From positions 434,001-498,000 of the forward strand of contig CT868063.1 in NCBI GenBank assembly GCA_000165425.1: a stretch of DNA of 64,000 nt, given 5' to 3'. The stretch's first letter is position 1; each line of letters begins with the position of its first letter. The position numbers and the translations under genes were made by a program. Shown here one piece after another: positions 1 to 13,262 of the stretch. This stretch comes from Paramecium tetraurelia. Taxonomy: Eukaryota. The notes under the pieces are model-generated. The model saw only the letters and a list, made by a program, of their open reading frames with translations. It had not been told where the DNA came from and did no database searches.

Positions 1-784
1 TATTGAATTTGAAGGTCTACAATGAAAAAGTGGACATATTTAGTGCTGGTGTAGTTGCTTATATATTACTAACATAAAAACCATTATTTATAGGATCTAC
101 TATTAGTGCTATTTTAAATTAAAATACTGCTGGGAAAATCGATTTTGAAAAGCCCTCCTTTATCAATCTAAGCAAAGATGCTTAATTCTTTTTACGCAAA
201 GTGTTATCTTTAGAAGAAGACTAACGCCCCTCTGCCTAAGATTGCTTAGAGTCCTCTTTTCTAAAGAACTAATTCTAATTAAATGAGATTGGATCTCCAA
301 TTAAACCTAATTTAAATGTATCCTTTTAGATAGAATTAATAGATTAGATTGAGTTATTTAGGCTCCAGCATATTACCATAACAGATCAACTTATCCAGAG
401 CTAAGAGAAAGTCTATGCGGCAATATATTTTATTAAAACAAGCAATTATTACTGAAAAATAAAAATAATAAATATTGCCATAAATAGCTGAATAATAGAA
501 TGGAGAGGAGGAAGATAACGAACGATTGATAGTTCAAGAGAGCGTTAAATAGGTATTAATTGGTTTTCAATTTACAGATCGCTGGCTCATTTTACACAGA
601 GAATCAAAAGGGAAGTCAAAACTCAGATGATTCAAATGGAGAATCTTCAGGTGAAAGTTTGAGTGGAGTGTCATCTTCTGAAAGTGAAGATGATTTTAAT
701 CTATTTTAAGAGGAGGATGACTTATAGTATTTGTCATCAAAAATAACTAAATTAGGAGGTTTATAAATAAAAATTAAGAGATGA
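1..784 (+). CDS. Ser/Thr protein kinase (CAMK-group-like), 3' part only; truncated by the window start
   Basis: From position 3, code 6 gives YNEKVDIFSAGVVAYILLTQKPLF...DAQFFLRKVLSLEEDQRPSAQDCL (kinase subdomains IX-XI) followed by an acidic Ser-rich tail. Probable intron ~554-577; TGA at 782-784. Confidence 0.8.
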
Positions 785-907
785 ATTTAATTTGAAATTA
801 TTAATAGACTTTTTTTTGTTTATAAATATTATCTTTAACAAAAACCTATATATGAGAACATCAATCACAAATTTATTGATTAAATTTAAATGAATGAATT
901 ATAGAAA

Positions 908-1597
908 TCATAATTTTTTCTTCTTCTTCTTCATTAAATTTGCCATGTTTTTTTCCCAATTTGGAGGCAATTTTGGTAATTATTTTTCATTATCAGGGAG
1001 ATTTGTCATCGCGCATTCTAATCGCTTTTCAAAATCTTTAATTTCGTCCACTCCTTATTCACATTAACTATAAGTAAGCCAATTAGTCATCAAATCTTGG
1101 TGAGTTGTGATTTTTGGTTTAAAGTATTGAAATATTTGAGAACAAAAGTGAGGTTCAATTGTTTGATTGAATTTGTAGATTCTGCATATTTCCCTTAATG
1201 CCATATTTATCTTATTGTCTTAGAAGATCCTATCCTAAAATTTTTGACGATGGTATTCTTGAATCTAAAAAATCAATGTTAATCATTACTTTAAAACTAA
1301 AGCTCAATTGCTAATACTTCCCGAGTTCTTATGCTATATTTTGAATTCTCATCCAGTGACTATTCACTTGTTCCAAATAAAATTTTGCAGAATCGTAATC
1401 ATTATAACAATAATTGCATAAATTCTTTTGTACTGTCTAATTGTTATCAAATTTTTTACATCTAGGTAATCTTGAACGTACAGTTCCATCAGACCATTGA
1501 ATTCATCGTAAGAACAGTGATCTACTTTCTCTTTCACATTTTCATAACACTCACCTTAATAGTATAACTCTTGAAATGCTTAATTTATTTAATCCAT
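908..1597 (-). CDS. hypothetical protein
   Basis: ATG at 1597 (MDQINQAFQELYY). The frame stays open to TGA at 908 after removing a 20-nt and a 25-nt GT..AG intron. No domain recognised. Confidence 0.6.
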
Positions 1598-1649
1598 TTA
1601 TAATATTAAAGTATTAATGAAATCGCAAGCTAGATTGCTATTAGATAAA

Positions 1650-2393
1650 ATGAATTGCTCTCAATTAAACATTAAACATAAATAAAAACCATCCACATAA
1701 TTTAAGTTAATGGTTTTGAGATACAACTGGAGTTTAGCAATCAATAAACTGCAGAAAATCATAATTAAAAGATGTCATCAACCTTTATTGAATCTTTAGG
1801 AAGAAAGCTAAAACATGAAAAAATCCAGATCTCAATAGCCAAGCCTTTTGTTAACAAACAAAATATTTTCACATCTACGATATCATTCCCATGTTGTATA
1901 ATCTGATTCCAGAAGCGAAGAAGAAATATCTACAAAAAGGCAAGAAGAACTCGAATCAACTTAAAAAAATAGTAATAGATGTGAGAAAGCACAGAAAACA
2001 GTCATAGCACAAATTTTGTAAACCAAATAAAACGGTATTAAAGAGTAAGTGAAGGTTAGCACATAAAGCAGACTCGATTAACTAAAATTTAATGAGGAAT
2101 TTTTGGGCTTGTTCAAAAAATAGAAAGAAGTTTGTCATTTCGGTTATTTATGTAATTTCTTGAGTTTAATTTTAGCTTAAAATAAAGTGAAAGAGCAGGA
2201 AATTCTAATTAAAAAGATATTAGATAGCAGACCTTGCAAACCCACACCAGATCTAAAAACCTTCCTTTCTCTTATTAAGAAACCTCATGTCGAAATCGAA
2301 TAAAGCAAACCAAAATAATAACAAGAATTTGTACTGCATTTAATTTTTGGGATATTTTTATTAATTTTTATGAGTATATATATAGTAATTTGA
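1650..2393 (+). CDS. hypothetical protein with a C-terminal hydrophobic anchor
   Basis: 248-codon code-6 ORF ending FVLHLIFGIFLLIFMSIYIVI-TGA, which looks tail-anchor-like. Divergent from the previous gene across 52 nt. Confidence 0.55.
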
Positions 2394-2444
2394 TTATAAT
2401 TACCAAACAATAATTAAACAATTATGAAAAGTATATTAAATCAA

Positions 2445-3681
2445 TCATTTTCTTATGAATTAAAGATTAGCTGGATTGTGGGTTTAAATTGATAGAAAAT
2501 ACTCGTAAGCTTCTTCCAATTCTTTTTCTGCAGTAACTTTGAATTATCCATGCTAATCAATGATGATATCCAGAGTCAGAAATTTGGTAAAGTATTTAAT
2601 ACATTTAGCCAATTAAGTGAATTAGAATCCAAAAACTAATTCAATAAAAGGTTTATAGATATGTTGAAAATCTAAAATATCTCTTTCTTAGAGTTTATTT
2701 TCAACTATTCTTTAATAAGTACTTCCACTAAATTGTTTAAGCAAAACCAAGTAAAGAAGAGATGCAACAATCTCTCTGTTTGAGAACTAATATAATTTAA
2801 TATCTAGGATAGCACAGTCAAGCAAGGACATATAATGTCTAAACAAAGTGTAGGAAACTTAGGTAGGCTATTTGATTTAAAGTTTTGGTTATGGATAATA
2901 AATGTCCCATTGGGACAGATACCAAGTGCTCCAAAGATAAAGTGTTGGAGGATTAATCAACCATTTCAATTGAGTGAGCATATGCTATTCTTTCTCAATG
3001 ATCTGTTATTCAGTGAAGCTATAATTACTGGCTTAAGAGAAATCATTAATTTTGGGGGGATAGATTTCCTATTATAGATTGATACGATACTTCTATTTTG
3101 CATGCAATGGATAGACTTGCTAAACCTAACAATTGAAGTTCTTATTTAGAGATTTAAATTTTGGACATATACCTATCTAGATTGTGTACACAAAGATGAA
3201 AAGTTTCCCTTTTTAATGTAAATTCTTTGCAAACCTCACTAATCCAATCGAATAAGATTGATCTCATAATGGGTGTAATGCTTGTCTGATGATCAAAAAA
3301 AGATGGATGAATTTTATACTCTAATTCCTTTTAGTATAAGAGTCTGAGGGTGAATTCATCGAAAATGCTGTCTTAGTTATCATTGATTTCTATTTATTCT
3401 TCACAGACAATGTCTATTTTTTTTAATTTAGTTCTTTGTTATTGAGTTGTTCTTTTTATGAGTTAGCTTATTTATTTTCTGATGTCTTCGGTAGTAGCAT
3501 TTTGAGGAGTTTTCTACTTCTATGTTTCATTAATATTAATATTTTCTTTATTCTTGAATGCTCCAATCGATGCCTTTCTTATGGTGACTTACTTTGGCGA
3601 TGGATCTAGAAGGGCAATGGCACTTAAATTCTTTCTTCTGGCATCCTGAATTATTAGTCGACTTTGCAGTGGTTGCTTCAT
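2445..3681 (-). CDS. cyclin (cyclin E-like)
   Basis: Cyclin box MRSILFDWISEVCKEFTLKRETFHLCVHNLDRYM..LQLLGLASLSIACKIEE, then IYPPK and LKWLINPPT; C-terminal IQTHN. One 22-nt intron near 3070-3091. Confidence 0.9.
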
Positions 3682-3731
3682 TCAAATTTAAATAACGAAA
3701 ATAAACATAATTTACATAATGTATATATTAA

Positions 3732-4444
3732 TCACTCGGATTCTATTAATCTACTTTCCTATTTGATCCAAATGAGTTGGTTATCCTTCGAATACGGTGA
3801 AGTACAAAGGCCAAGATAGCTAGACGATCTTCCCAATCTGCAGGAACCAGCTATGTTTATTGAAGGAGCTGGCCTGTATGGATCTGCTCTGTTTGGCTGC
3901 ACTTACTCATGATAAGTTTATTACATAATCGAAAAAGCACACTGTATACATTAAGAATTTGTCTTTGACAGGAGTCAAGGCTCTGCCACATCCTACTTGA
4001 AATAACATTGATTAGAGTAATTATTATGCTGAGTTTAAAGCTTCCATCCATTCATTTAATACGAATTCTGGGTCCCATTCCCATTTTTAGGTATGAACTA
4101 TAGTTTTGTGGATCATAAATGAAGTCAAGCCTTTCAACTTGATATGGAAGACCAAACTTTACATTTCTACAGAATATCGGATATTCAGGACAGGTATCAC
4201 AGCATTCCTAAGCCTTCTTGCCCATATCTTTAGACCAAGTGATCATATGCATATCTGCTGCCGATTGGATTTAACCTTTATGATTAGCTCTTCGACCAGT
4301 GGCCACTTCATTTCGAATGCGATTCAATAGTTGTTCAAATTACGAAGCTTATTTTGAGCTGATACCTGTCGCAGTGATGTTACATTTCTTTTCTGGCAAT
4401 TCTAGACTCAAACTTATTGATATCAATATTGCTAATAATAACAT
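3732..4444 (-). CDS. secreted CAP/SCP (antigen 5/PR-1-like) domain protein
   Basis: Signal peptide MLLLAILISISLS; LNRIRNEVATG..AADMHMITWSKDMGKKAQ; VGCG..YTVC..PY..C..GLC. Two inferred introns (25 and 28 nt) restore the frame. Confidence 0.75.
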
Positions 4445-4503
4445 AAATTATAATACGAACACATTTAATTTGATAATATCAGAACATATTATTATAATTT
4501 AAG

Positions 4504-5250
4504 TCATTCTAATTTCACTTTCAACTCGATGTCCACTCTCACATGGCTTTCTGATGCATAAATTGGAGTAGGTGTGCTTCTGCTCTCCTTCTCAACAGCT
4601 CCTGCTTATGGTTCATAACCATTAGTAACTGAACTACCATATGAATCCAAATATTTGAATTTCAAAATTTTAACAAATTTCATTTTCAATGTAGTTGCTA
4701 CTTATAGTGCTTTTCTCTTGGCATCTTCAATTGCCAATTTCAAGGCTTCATCATTTGCTTTTTATATTTCTTCAGCATTATTTTGATAAGTGACTCCGTC
4801 TATTCTGTTCAATCCAGCATTCACTCCAACTGTGATAATTTTACCAATCAATTGCATGTCCTTTGTTGTTATATATAACTAATTAGTAACTGTATATCCA
4901 ATCAACTTCTACTAACCATTAGAGTAATCATATCGAATTTAAAGTTAAAAGATTCCAGTTTGTATTTCGTATTTTGTAGAATACAAGTCGTACTTTATTG
5001 ATTCAGTTGCCTAAGTAACTAACTCATTTGCCTTCTCAAGGGCAGAACTTGCATTTTCATCCATAACCTCAATGGCAAAACTCACAGTTCCTATTGAAGG
5101 AACCAAATTTACTGTTCCAGCTCCAGGAATCTTTATTGTGAATCCATTATGATCATCATGTTTCATAATAACAGGTTCCTCAATCTGTATTTCCTCCTTA
5201 TTTATTCTTTTTCCAAGAATTGACAGCAATGTAATGAAAAGTATTAACAT
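4504..5250 (-). CDS. SIMPL/DUF541 (YggE/BP26-like) secreted protein
   Basis: Intronless 249-codon ORF with a signal peptide, TIKIPGAGTVNLVPSIGTVSFAIE, YDYSNG..LIGYTVTNQL, GLNRIDGVTY and EALKLAIEDAKRKA, a pattern typical of DUF541. Confidence 0.85.
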
Positions 5251-5318
5251 TTGAATTAATTATAATCGATTATCGTTAAAATTCAAATAGGTTATAAATG
5301 AATATATATATTTAATGT

Positions 5319-6866
5319 TCATAATTATTACATTAGTTTAACAAAGTTTTCTTTGTTAATCATCCCTTATTAATCAGAGTCACATTTTTTTAGTACTTCT
5401 TCCCAATGAGTTTCATCTATTATTATCCCTCCCAAGACATCCTCTAAATTCTACTTCTTTATCAGACCATCATTATCGATGTCAAATTACTTAAAGGCTT
5501 CCTCCAATTTGTGAGTTTTCTCCGATAATTCCTATCTGATCATTATACTCAGAAAGGCATTGTATTCTATAGATCCAGTCTTATTGAAATCACATTACTC
5601 CATGATTCTATCTATTTATTTCTCTATTTCAGTCTCATCTAACTTTGACTCTTTTAACCCAAAGATTAAATCTTCTCTATTTATTTTCCCATCTCCATCC
5701 TTATCCAAAGATTGAAAATTCTCTAAGATCTTTGCCTTGTCTTCAGGGGTTAGAACTTAAAAGGTTATAAATTGTCGAATTAATTCCTATATAATATGAG
5801 ATTACTAAAAATAGATTTTAATTAATTACATAAAATTGTTATAACCGAGTTAAAGCTCTTGAATCTATTGTCTTAGTTATATGTCCTTGAAGCCAAGGAT
5901 CTGAATATGCTTCCTCTGCTGAGATTCTCTTGTCTGGATTGTAAGTCATAAGTTTCTTGACAAATGATTTGGCTTCTGAGGATATATTAGCCCAATCATT
6001 TTTATCGAAACTCCATTTGTTATATTCAATCAATATCTGCGTAGCCCTTGCATCACTTCCATTGAAGGGGAGGTACCCACACAGTAATGTATACAGAATC
6101 ACTCCACAAGACCAAATGTCGCATTTTTCAGTGTATTATTATTTGAAGACTTCTGGGGCAGTGTAATGAGGCTATAAATATAAAACTTATTTAATTACAG
6201 TTCCTAATTTAGATGTAAGATATTTTTCTTGGATGATCTTCCTGGAGGTTCCAAAATCAATAACTTTTAAAACCGGTTTTTCTGAATCTGCATTTAGCAT
6301 AAGATTTTCTAATTTTAAATCTCGATGAACTATCTTAGCTTTATGACAGTATTGCAGGGCTGATAAAAGTTATCTCATATAGAATGCGGCTTCAGCTTCT
6401 GAAAAGGTATTTTGTGCCTGTATTTTTTTAATAAGTTCACCTCCTTAGATAAGTCTAAATATAATAGATGTAGCTTATACTCAGTGATTAAATAATAGTT
6501 TTAGCCATCCTCAAATAGTTCAAAAAGTTTAACTATATTTGGATGGTCTAATTTTCGAAGTATGTTAACTTCTGCAAACATTTTATCCTTCTCTTCATTT
6601 ATTATCTTTTTTTTAGCCAAAGTTTTTAACGCTCTGATTTATCCGCTCTGTTTGTGGGTAGCTTTAATTACTTATCCAAAGGCTCCCACTCCAAGAACAT
6701 CACCCAAAATGTAGTAATTGTCAATCTACCCATTTTTTAAATTGATGTAAAGATCAGTTCCATATTTAAAGCTGTTACCAGTATGCCTACGGCCTGGACT
6801 GCTTGGCCAATGCTTTGGTTTTAAGGCCAAATCATCCTTCTGTTTCTTCGATGCACATATTCCCAT
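5319..6866 (-). CDS. calcium-dependent protein kinase (CDPK)
   Basis: MGICAS acylation-type N-terminus; LGVGAFG, HRDLKLEN, DFG, APE, DIWSCGVILYTLLCGYLPF; four EF-hand-like loops (DKDGDGKIN, DFNKTGSIE, DIDNDGLIK, DSDQQGMIN); about 3 tiny introns. Confidence 0.93.
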
Positions 6867-6901
6867 TTTGTAAAAAATTAATTTATAATACGCATTATTA
6901 A

Positions 6902-8894
6902 TCATTTTTATTGGCTTTTACGCTATGTTTTTCTAAGGGTAGAATCTAGTTCTTTTTTTCTAATTCTGAGATCCTTTGGAGTGACTTCGACTAATTCATC
7001 ATCCCTAATGTAAGCAATGACATCTTCTAGAGTGAAAGTCCTGGGAGGAAACAAACTGATCTTTTCATCAGCCAACACTGTTCTAACATTAGTTAACTTC
7101 TTTTCTCTGATTGGATTGACTTCAATATCTTATTCTAACTTGTGTTCTCCGATGACTTAGCCAACATAAACTTTGGATCCAGGTTTGACAAATAATGGTC
7201 CAAATTTTTGAAGGTCTTCAAGAGCATATCCTTGACAAACTCCAGCAGCCATCGAGATAATAGCTCCCTTTAAATTCTTTTTTAAGACTCCTCTATATTC
7301 TTAGTAGCCTAAGAATTGTTATTACATAATAGCAGTTCCTCTGGTATCATTAATTAACTCTGCTCTCAGACCTACTAAACCTCTAGTTGGTGCTGAGAAT
7401 ATTAACTTAACTCTGGTTTTATCAATGTTAATGCAATCTTCATAAATAGCTTTTCTCTATGACATTTTATCAATTAGCCCAGTCATGTATTGTTAATCAA
7501 TTTCAATGGTCACTTTCTCCATTGGTTCCAAGGTTTTGCCAGTGTCTGGACACTTCTTAGTAACAATTTAAGGGGGTGAAACTTGCATTTCAAATCCCTC
7601 TCTTCTCATATTTTCAAGTAATATAGCCAAATGAAGATCTCCTCTTCCTAGCAATTACACACAAGCATTGTCATCTGTTTTATCTTTAACCATCACTTAT
7701 AATGCAACATCACTTTATCCTTCTCTCATCAGTCTTTCCTTAATTTGTTAAGCGTTGAGTCTGGTTCCTTCTTTACCTGCTAAAGGACCAGTATTCACTC
7801 CAATAGATATTGAAATCATAGGTGGATCAATGGGGATGGATGGAATCACTTCATTTTTTCCCATTTCGTTTAAAGTGTTGGTAACAATAGCATTAGTAAA
7901 TCCTGCTACTTAGACAATATCTCCAGCAACAGCTCTTGCCATTTCTAATTGTTACATTCCATATCTTCTTAATATTTTCAACACCTTAGCAGTTTCAACC
8001 AATTTTCCTTATTAGTCAACTGCCAAGACTCTATCATTGAGTTTGACTTCTCCTTGATGAATTTTACCAATAACTATTTTGCCATAGTAAGGATGACTCT
8101 CTTATTAAGAAACCAACATTTTGAAATTGCTTTCAGTTCCTATTTAGGGAGGTGGAATTGTTTCTATGATGGTTTCCAATACATCTTCTAATCCTTGTTT
8201 TTCTGCTTCCATGGAGCCTTTTCTGACCCAACCTTCTTTGCCTGAACAAAAATACAAGGGGTATTCAAGTGATTCGCTTGGAGCCTCCAAATCACAAAAC
8301 AAATTGAAAATTTCATGTTCGACTTCTACTGGTCTAGCTGATGGCCTATCTACTTTATTGATGATGACAATTGGTTTCAAATTGGATTGCAAGGCCTTTT
8401 ATAAGACAAATCTAGTTTAAGCCATAGGTCCTTCAGTTGCACAAACTAATAAACATACACCATCAACCATTGACATAATTCTCTCTACTTCTCCTCCGAA
8501 ATCTTAATGTCCTGGTGTGTCCACGATATTTATTTTGTTTCCTCCAAAAGTAACTCCGGTTACCTTAGATAGAATGGTGATTCCCTTTTCTTTCTCCAAT
8601 GCATTACTGTCCATTGAATCATATTCATTTGCACACCCACTAGCTCGTAATAAAGCATCAACAAGAGTCTTTTCAAATAGAATCAATCATATACTGTTTT
8701 TCCATGGTCAACATGGGCTATGATGGCCACATTTCTGAAAATGTCTCTTGACTCTGAATGCAAGATTTTTAATACATCCTAGAGCTATAAATTAATATTG
8801 GTACATCTTTGGGAGCAACTTCAACTGCACCTGAAAACAATCTTACAGGAACTTTATGAAAAATAGAACTAAACTGTCTTAGTGTTCTTAGCAT
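6902..8894 (-). CDS. typA: TypA/BipA translational GTPase, probably mitochondrial
   Basis: [88 protein letters not shown], and C-terminal [16 protein letters not shown]. Arg-rich presequence [10 protein letters not shown]. Two introns near the 5' end. Confidence 0.93.
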
Positions 8895-9005
8895 TAAAAT
8901 TAGCACCACTAATAAATTTATTTTGCTTTTCAATCATAATACTTGAGATGATTTATATATATATATATTGCATTATATAAATTATTTAATCATTTAACAG
9001 AAAGT

Positions 9006-10343
9006 ATGCTTTGGAAATAATTCTCAAGGAGATCTATTTCACCATAGAATAAGGAGAACTTAAATCAACAGGTTGTACATATTTTGTTATCAAAGAGGTT
9101 ATAACTAGACGGAGAGATAGCAAAATTTCAAATCGATACCATGACAACTCCTCGTAACTCACCATCATTGAAAATTACCAAATACCGAAATAACCAAAGT
9201 TGAAAGCACACGATCCCCTTTTTGATGAGACTCTATGGAAATGCAATTCATAAGATTTAACTTTAAAACTATTCAAAGAATCTATAATTGACAGAACAGC
9301 AGCATTTAAAGAAATATATATGGTTGGAAAACAAATTGGATCAGGCTCCTATGCCAGTGTTAGATTATGTGCAGACAAATTAACCCTCAAATCTTATGCT
9401 CTTAAAATTTACAATAAATCTGCCATCTCTTCTAGTCGTTAAAAGTCCATACTTCGTGAAATTCGTATACTGCAAATGATCAAACATCCAAACATCATTA
9501 ATATTTACAATGTAATCGAAACCAACAATCACATCAACCTACTCTTGGAATATATAGATGGAAAATAATTAAACACCTTGAAAGGATATAATTTAAAATA
9601 AGCATTATATTAAATAGCATCAGCACTCAATTATTTACACGCTCGACACATTACTCATAGAGATGTCAAAATCGAGAACATTCTGTATTCCGATGGCCAA
9701 GTCAAATTGATTGATTTTGGCTTCTCCACTCTGTTTTCCAACTCAATCAAAAAGAAGATCTATTGCGGAACTCCTAGTTATATGGCTCCGGAAATTGTTA
9801 CCAAGCAATATTATAAGGGCCCTCCTGCTGATATTTGGGCCTTTGGGATTGTCATCTTCTACTTAACTCAAGGCTACTTCCCCTTCAAAGGCTCAAATGA
9901 TAAAGAATTATTCCAATTGATTATGCAATGCAACATCAATTTCAATTCCATTACTGATGTCTATCTACAAGATCTTTTGTATTAAATGCTACAGTTCGAT
10001 CCTGAAGATCGCATTTCCACAGCCGAAGTAAATTTAAACTCATATTTAGATTCTCCTGCACCCCTGGTTTCTAGAATACATTAAACCTATTAAGGTTAAT
10101 AGTAAATCTCAAAAATCTAGCTGTTCAAAACTCAATTCACCAAAATAAATCAATCCTTATTAATAATATTAGTCTACTGTTAAGAAAAACGATAAAGCCT
10201 CCATAGAATATTAATTAGATCATTCCCAAGTGAGAAAAGGCATAGTTCAATCATACATGAGTTCTGTTGCTTCCACCAAATCGCCAATACTTCGAAGAAG
10301 AGATTCAGGCAATCAAACATTTGATAAAAGCAACAATTTCTGA
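9006..10343 (+). CDS. Ser/Thr protein kinase (CAMK group, MARK/AMPK-like)
   Basis: IGSGSYASV, ALK, HRDVKIEN, DFGFST, YCGTPSYMAPE, GPPADIWAFG. Introns near 9072-9097 and 10028-10049; TGA at 10341-10343. Confidence 0.9.
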
Positions 10344-10430
10344 TGACATTAGTATATATTTAAATTCAAATTGTTAAAAACCACTGTTGTTTTGAAAATG
10401 AACTTGTACCGACAGTATTAATTAATATAA

Positions 10431-12010
10431 ATGAATAAAAATTGCATTCATAAATTATACAAATTTGTTAAGTTCCTTTTAATAATCATACGAAAGAGAG
10501 AAATACCGAAATTTCCACTTCTCAAATCGTAATCCTATTACTATAATAAGTTTCAAAAATAGAACTCAAAAAGATGAAACATCAATCGCCTAAAGCTTAT
10601 AAAAATATAACTATTGTCGAGATATGATTCAAAAAGACGGATTCCAAAAATTTCAAAAGTTTTGTGAATTCCTCTATCTAACCATAAGAAAACCAGGAGA
10701 TATCATCCTTAGAAAAGGAGACTTGGGCTAAAAGTTTTATTTGATTCTCAAGGGAACTGTTTCGCTCATCTATTATAACCCAAAGAATAAAAAGGCATTG
10801 AGACTCCTCCAAGATGAAAAAGTAAGACCTTATAATCAACAATAGGATTGCACTCCTAATTACGAAGACACAACTTTATTTTAAAGTTACGTATTCAAAG
10901 AACTCCATGTAGGTGATCACTTTGGAGATCTCGCTCTGATTGACGAAGGAATGGTGTCATCAACTATTGTATGTAAATCTGATTGCGAATTTGCTTGTAT
11001 GGATAAATAGCATTTTTGGAAATTCGTAGGGAAACACATTTCTTTGCTTGACAAAATAAAATTGCTTAGACAATGCTCTCTCTTTGAAGCATGGACAGAC
11101 AGTGAACTCAGGGCTTTAAGTTTTGAATTTCATTTTAAAACATTTCATCATAATCAAATCATATTTTCACAAGGATCTGAGAATGTCTCGATTTATGTGG
11201 TTTCATCTGGGTTTGCAGAATTAATGATGATTAAAAATGGTCAACAGTATCTGATATCCAGAATTGATTATGGCTAAGCATTTGGAGATGATTTGCAAAT
11301 CAATTAAAGCACAGTTAAATGTGGATCTCCCAAATTGGAGGTTTATGCTATTTAAAAATGTAGTCAATTATTTAATTGTAGAAATTATGTATAGATTCTT
11401 GGAACAAAGAATAGAACTTAAACATCTCTATGAAGAATAATCAATTTAAAAAAGGATTTGGAGAACCAAAAGATTGGAATAATTAATTTAAATGGAATAG
11501 TTAAGATAATAAAAGGAACTAAATTCAAAAAAGTCAAGTTGCATTCAAAATGACACTTAATTATTACTTAACACTATCAAAGAATCTAAAACAGTCTCTG
11601 TTTAAACTAGTTCTATCAGAAGGATATCCAATTATGTAGACAACTTAGATTTTGAGTAGAAACAACAATAGAACAGACAAGTATTAATCAAATTCAATAA
11701 AATCTCCCCTAATCAAAGTGTGGAATATTTGGAAATAAATTAATAAAGGAAATCAAGCCAAAAAAAAAAGAAGGAATAACAAGAGTAGAATTAGATTATG
11801 TCTTCAGTATCTAAATTGTTACAGGAATATCGAGCCATTGTTCATTCTTCCAAACTCCAAAAAATTAAATCCTCCAGGAGTTTCAGTCAAAATTAATAGG
11901 TATCTTCTTTGTACTCTCCTAAATCAAGTAATGGTACTACGGGAATTAATTTTTTTATTACTCCTAGAAGAAGACAATTTTTGATATAAGGTATACCATT
12001 ATAAAAATGA
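10431..12010 (+). CDS. cyclic nucleotide-binding domain protein (two CNB-like domains)
   Basis: PGDIILRKGDLGQKFYLILKGTV...GDHFGDLALI and NQIIFSQGSENVSIYVVSSG...GQAFGD, followed by a low-complexity tail. Tiny introns are required. Confidence 0.8.
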
Positions 12011-12023
12011 TTATATAATAATA

Positions 12024-13176
12024 ATGTCATAAAGTGATGAGAATGATTAATTCCAACAAATATTAAATTCATTGGAGATAAACAAACGAAAAATGAGCAT
12101 TTCTGTGCATCAGTCCAAACTTTTGGAGGAATCAAAAAGTTTATTATTCCCAATATACCTTATTAGAATAATAGAGCAGAAGATTTACTATGGAGCTACC
12201 TAAAAATATAGAGGCATCCCAATCTCAAAAAGAAAGAATCATCACCAATCATCTTTTGAAAGATTTGGCCCCCTTAGATAAATAAAATGATGAAAATCTG
12301 AAAACTCCTAAAGTCCCATCATCAAGCAAATTAAAACTCAATAAAAAAGGAATTTTATTATTAGGATAAAAGCATAATAAGGACTTGAGTTTCTATTTAA
12401 AAACTATGGAAGCTTTGGATTTTTAAGAATTGTAGTAATCTAATGAATTGCTAATATAAAATGCTCTTTGTGCTGGTAAGTATGTAAATGATTATGGACT
12501 ATTTTGTGTCTTAAAAGAAGCCTTAAATAAAAAGAATATCAAGACAATTATTCAATTAGATTGTATACTTGATGAAGATGGAAATTTCGCTGACATTCCA
12601 AAAAATACCAAAAACTTAAGAAAAACTTTGGGGCTATAGGATTTGCATTATTGCAGTGGGAAGATCTCCTTGTTAAAATTTCACATCAATACTAGATTTA
12701 ATTTGACTAATTATTTATTTTGGTCAAATGAGCTAGAGAGAATGGAGGGGATTATAAAGGAAAATCTAATTAATTAGGATTAACAAATATTAATGATGAG
12801 AATAGAAGAAACATATCTAGAATTCACTATTCCTGAATTCGATGATAATCAATCGCCATAATTCTTATCGAAATTGAAGTAATAAAATTTAGATGTTTAA
12901 GTCTTACCATTAATTACTCATTTCACATTTAGATTGTCAGACTTAAATCCATGGATGAATAAGGAAATAAATAAAGAATGGAAATTGTTTTCCCTTTAAA
13001 ATGATCAGTAATAATGTATCGGTTATATCGATATGAATTAGCCTACCATCTTTAATGAAATTCCGAGTCCAAAAACTCTATCAATCAAACTTTATGGCGA
13101 AATTCATTACTATTAACTAGTCTTGTAAATGAGTGAAAAACAAGTAATGGGAATCCTACTCAGAGACAAAGCCTGA
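12024..13176 (+). CDS. hypothetical protein
   Basis: Long code-6 frame from MSQSDENDQF to GILLRDKA-TGA. The span is not a multiple of 3, so one small intron is implied but I have not located it. No domain recognised. Confidence 0.55.
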
Positions 13177-13262
13177 TGATCCCTAAACTCTTTTAAAAGT
13201 TGATTGCTTTTATATTAATGTAAGATGAAATATATTATAGGGTTTTATATTAATTAATGAAT

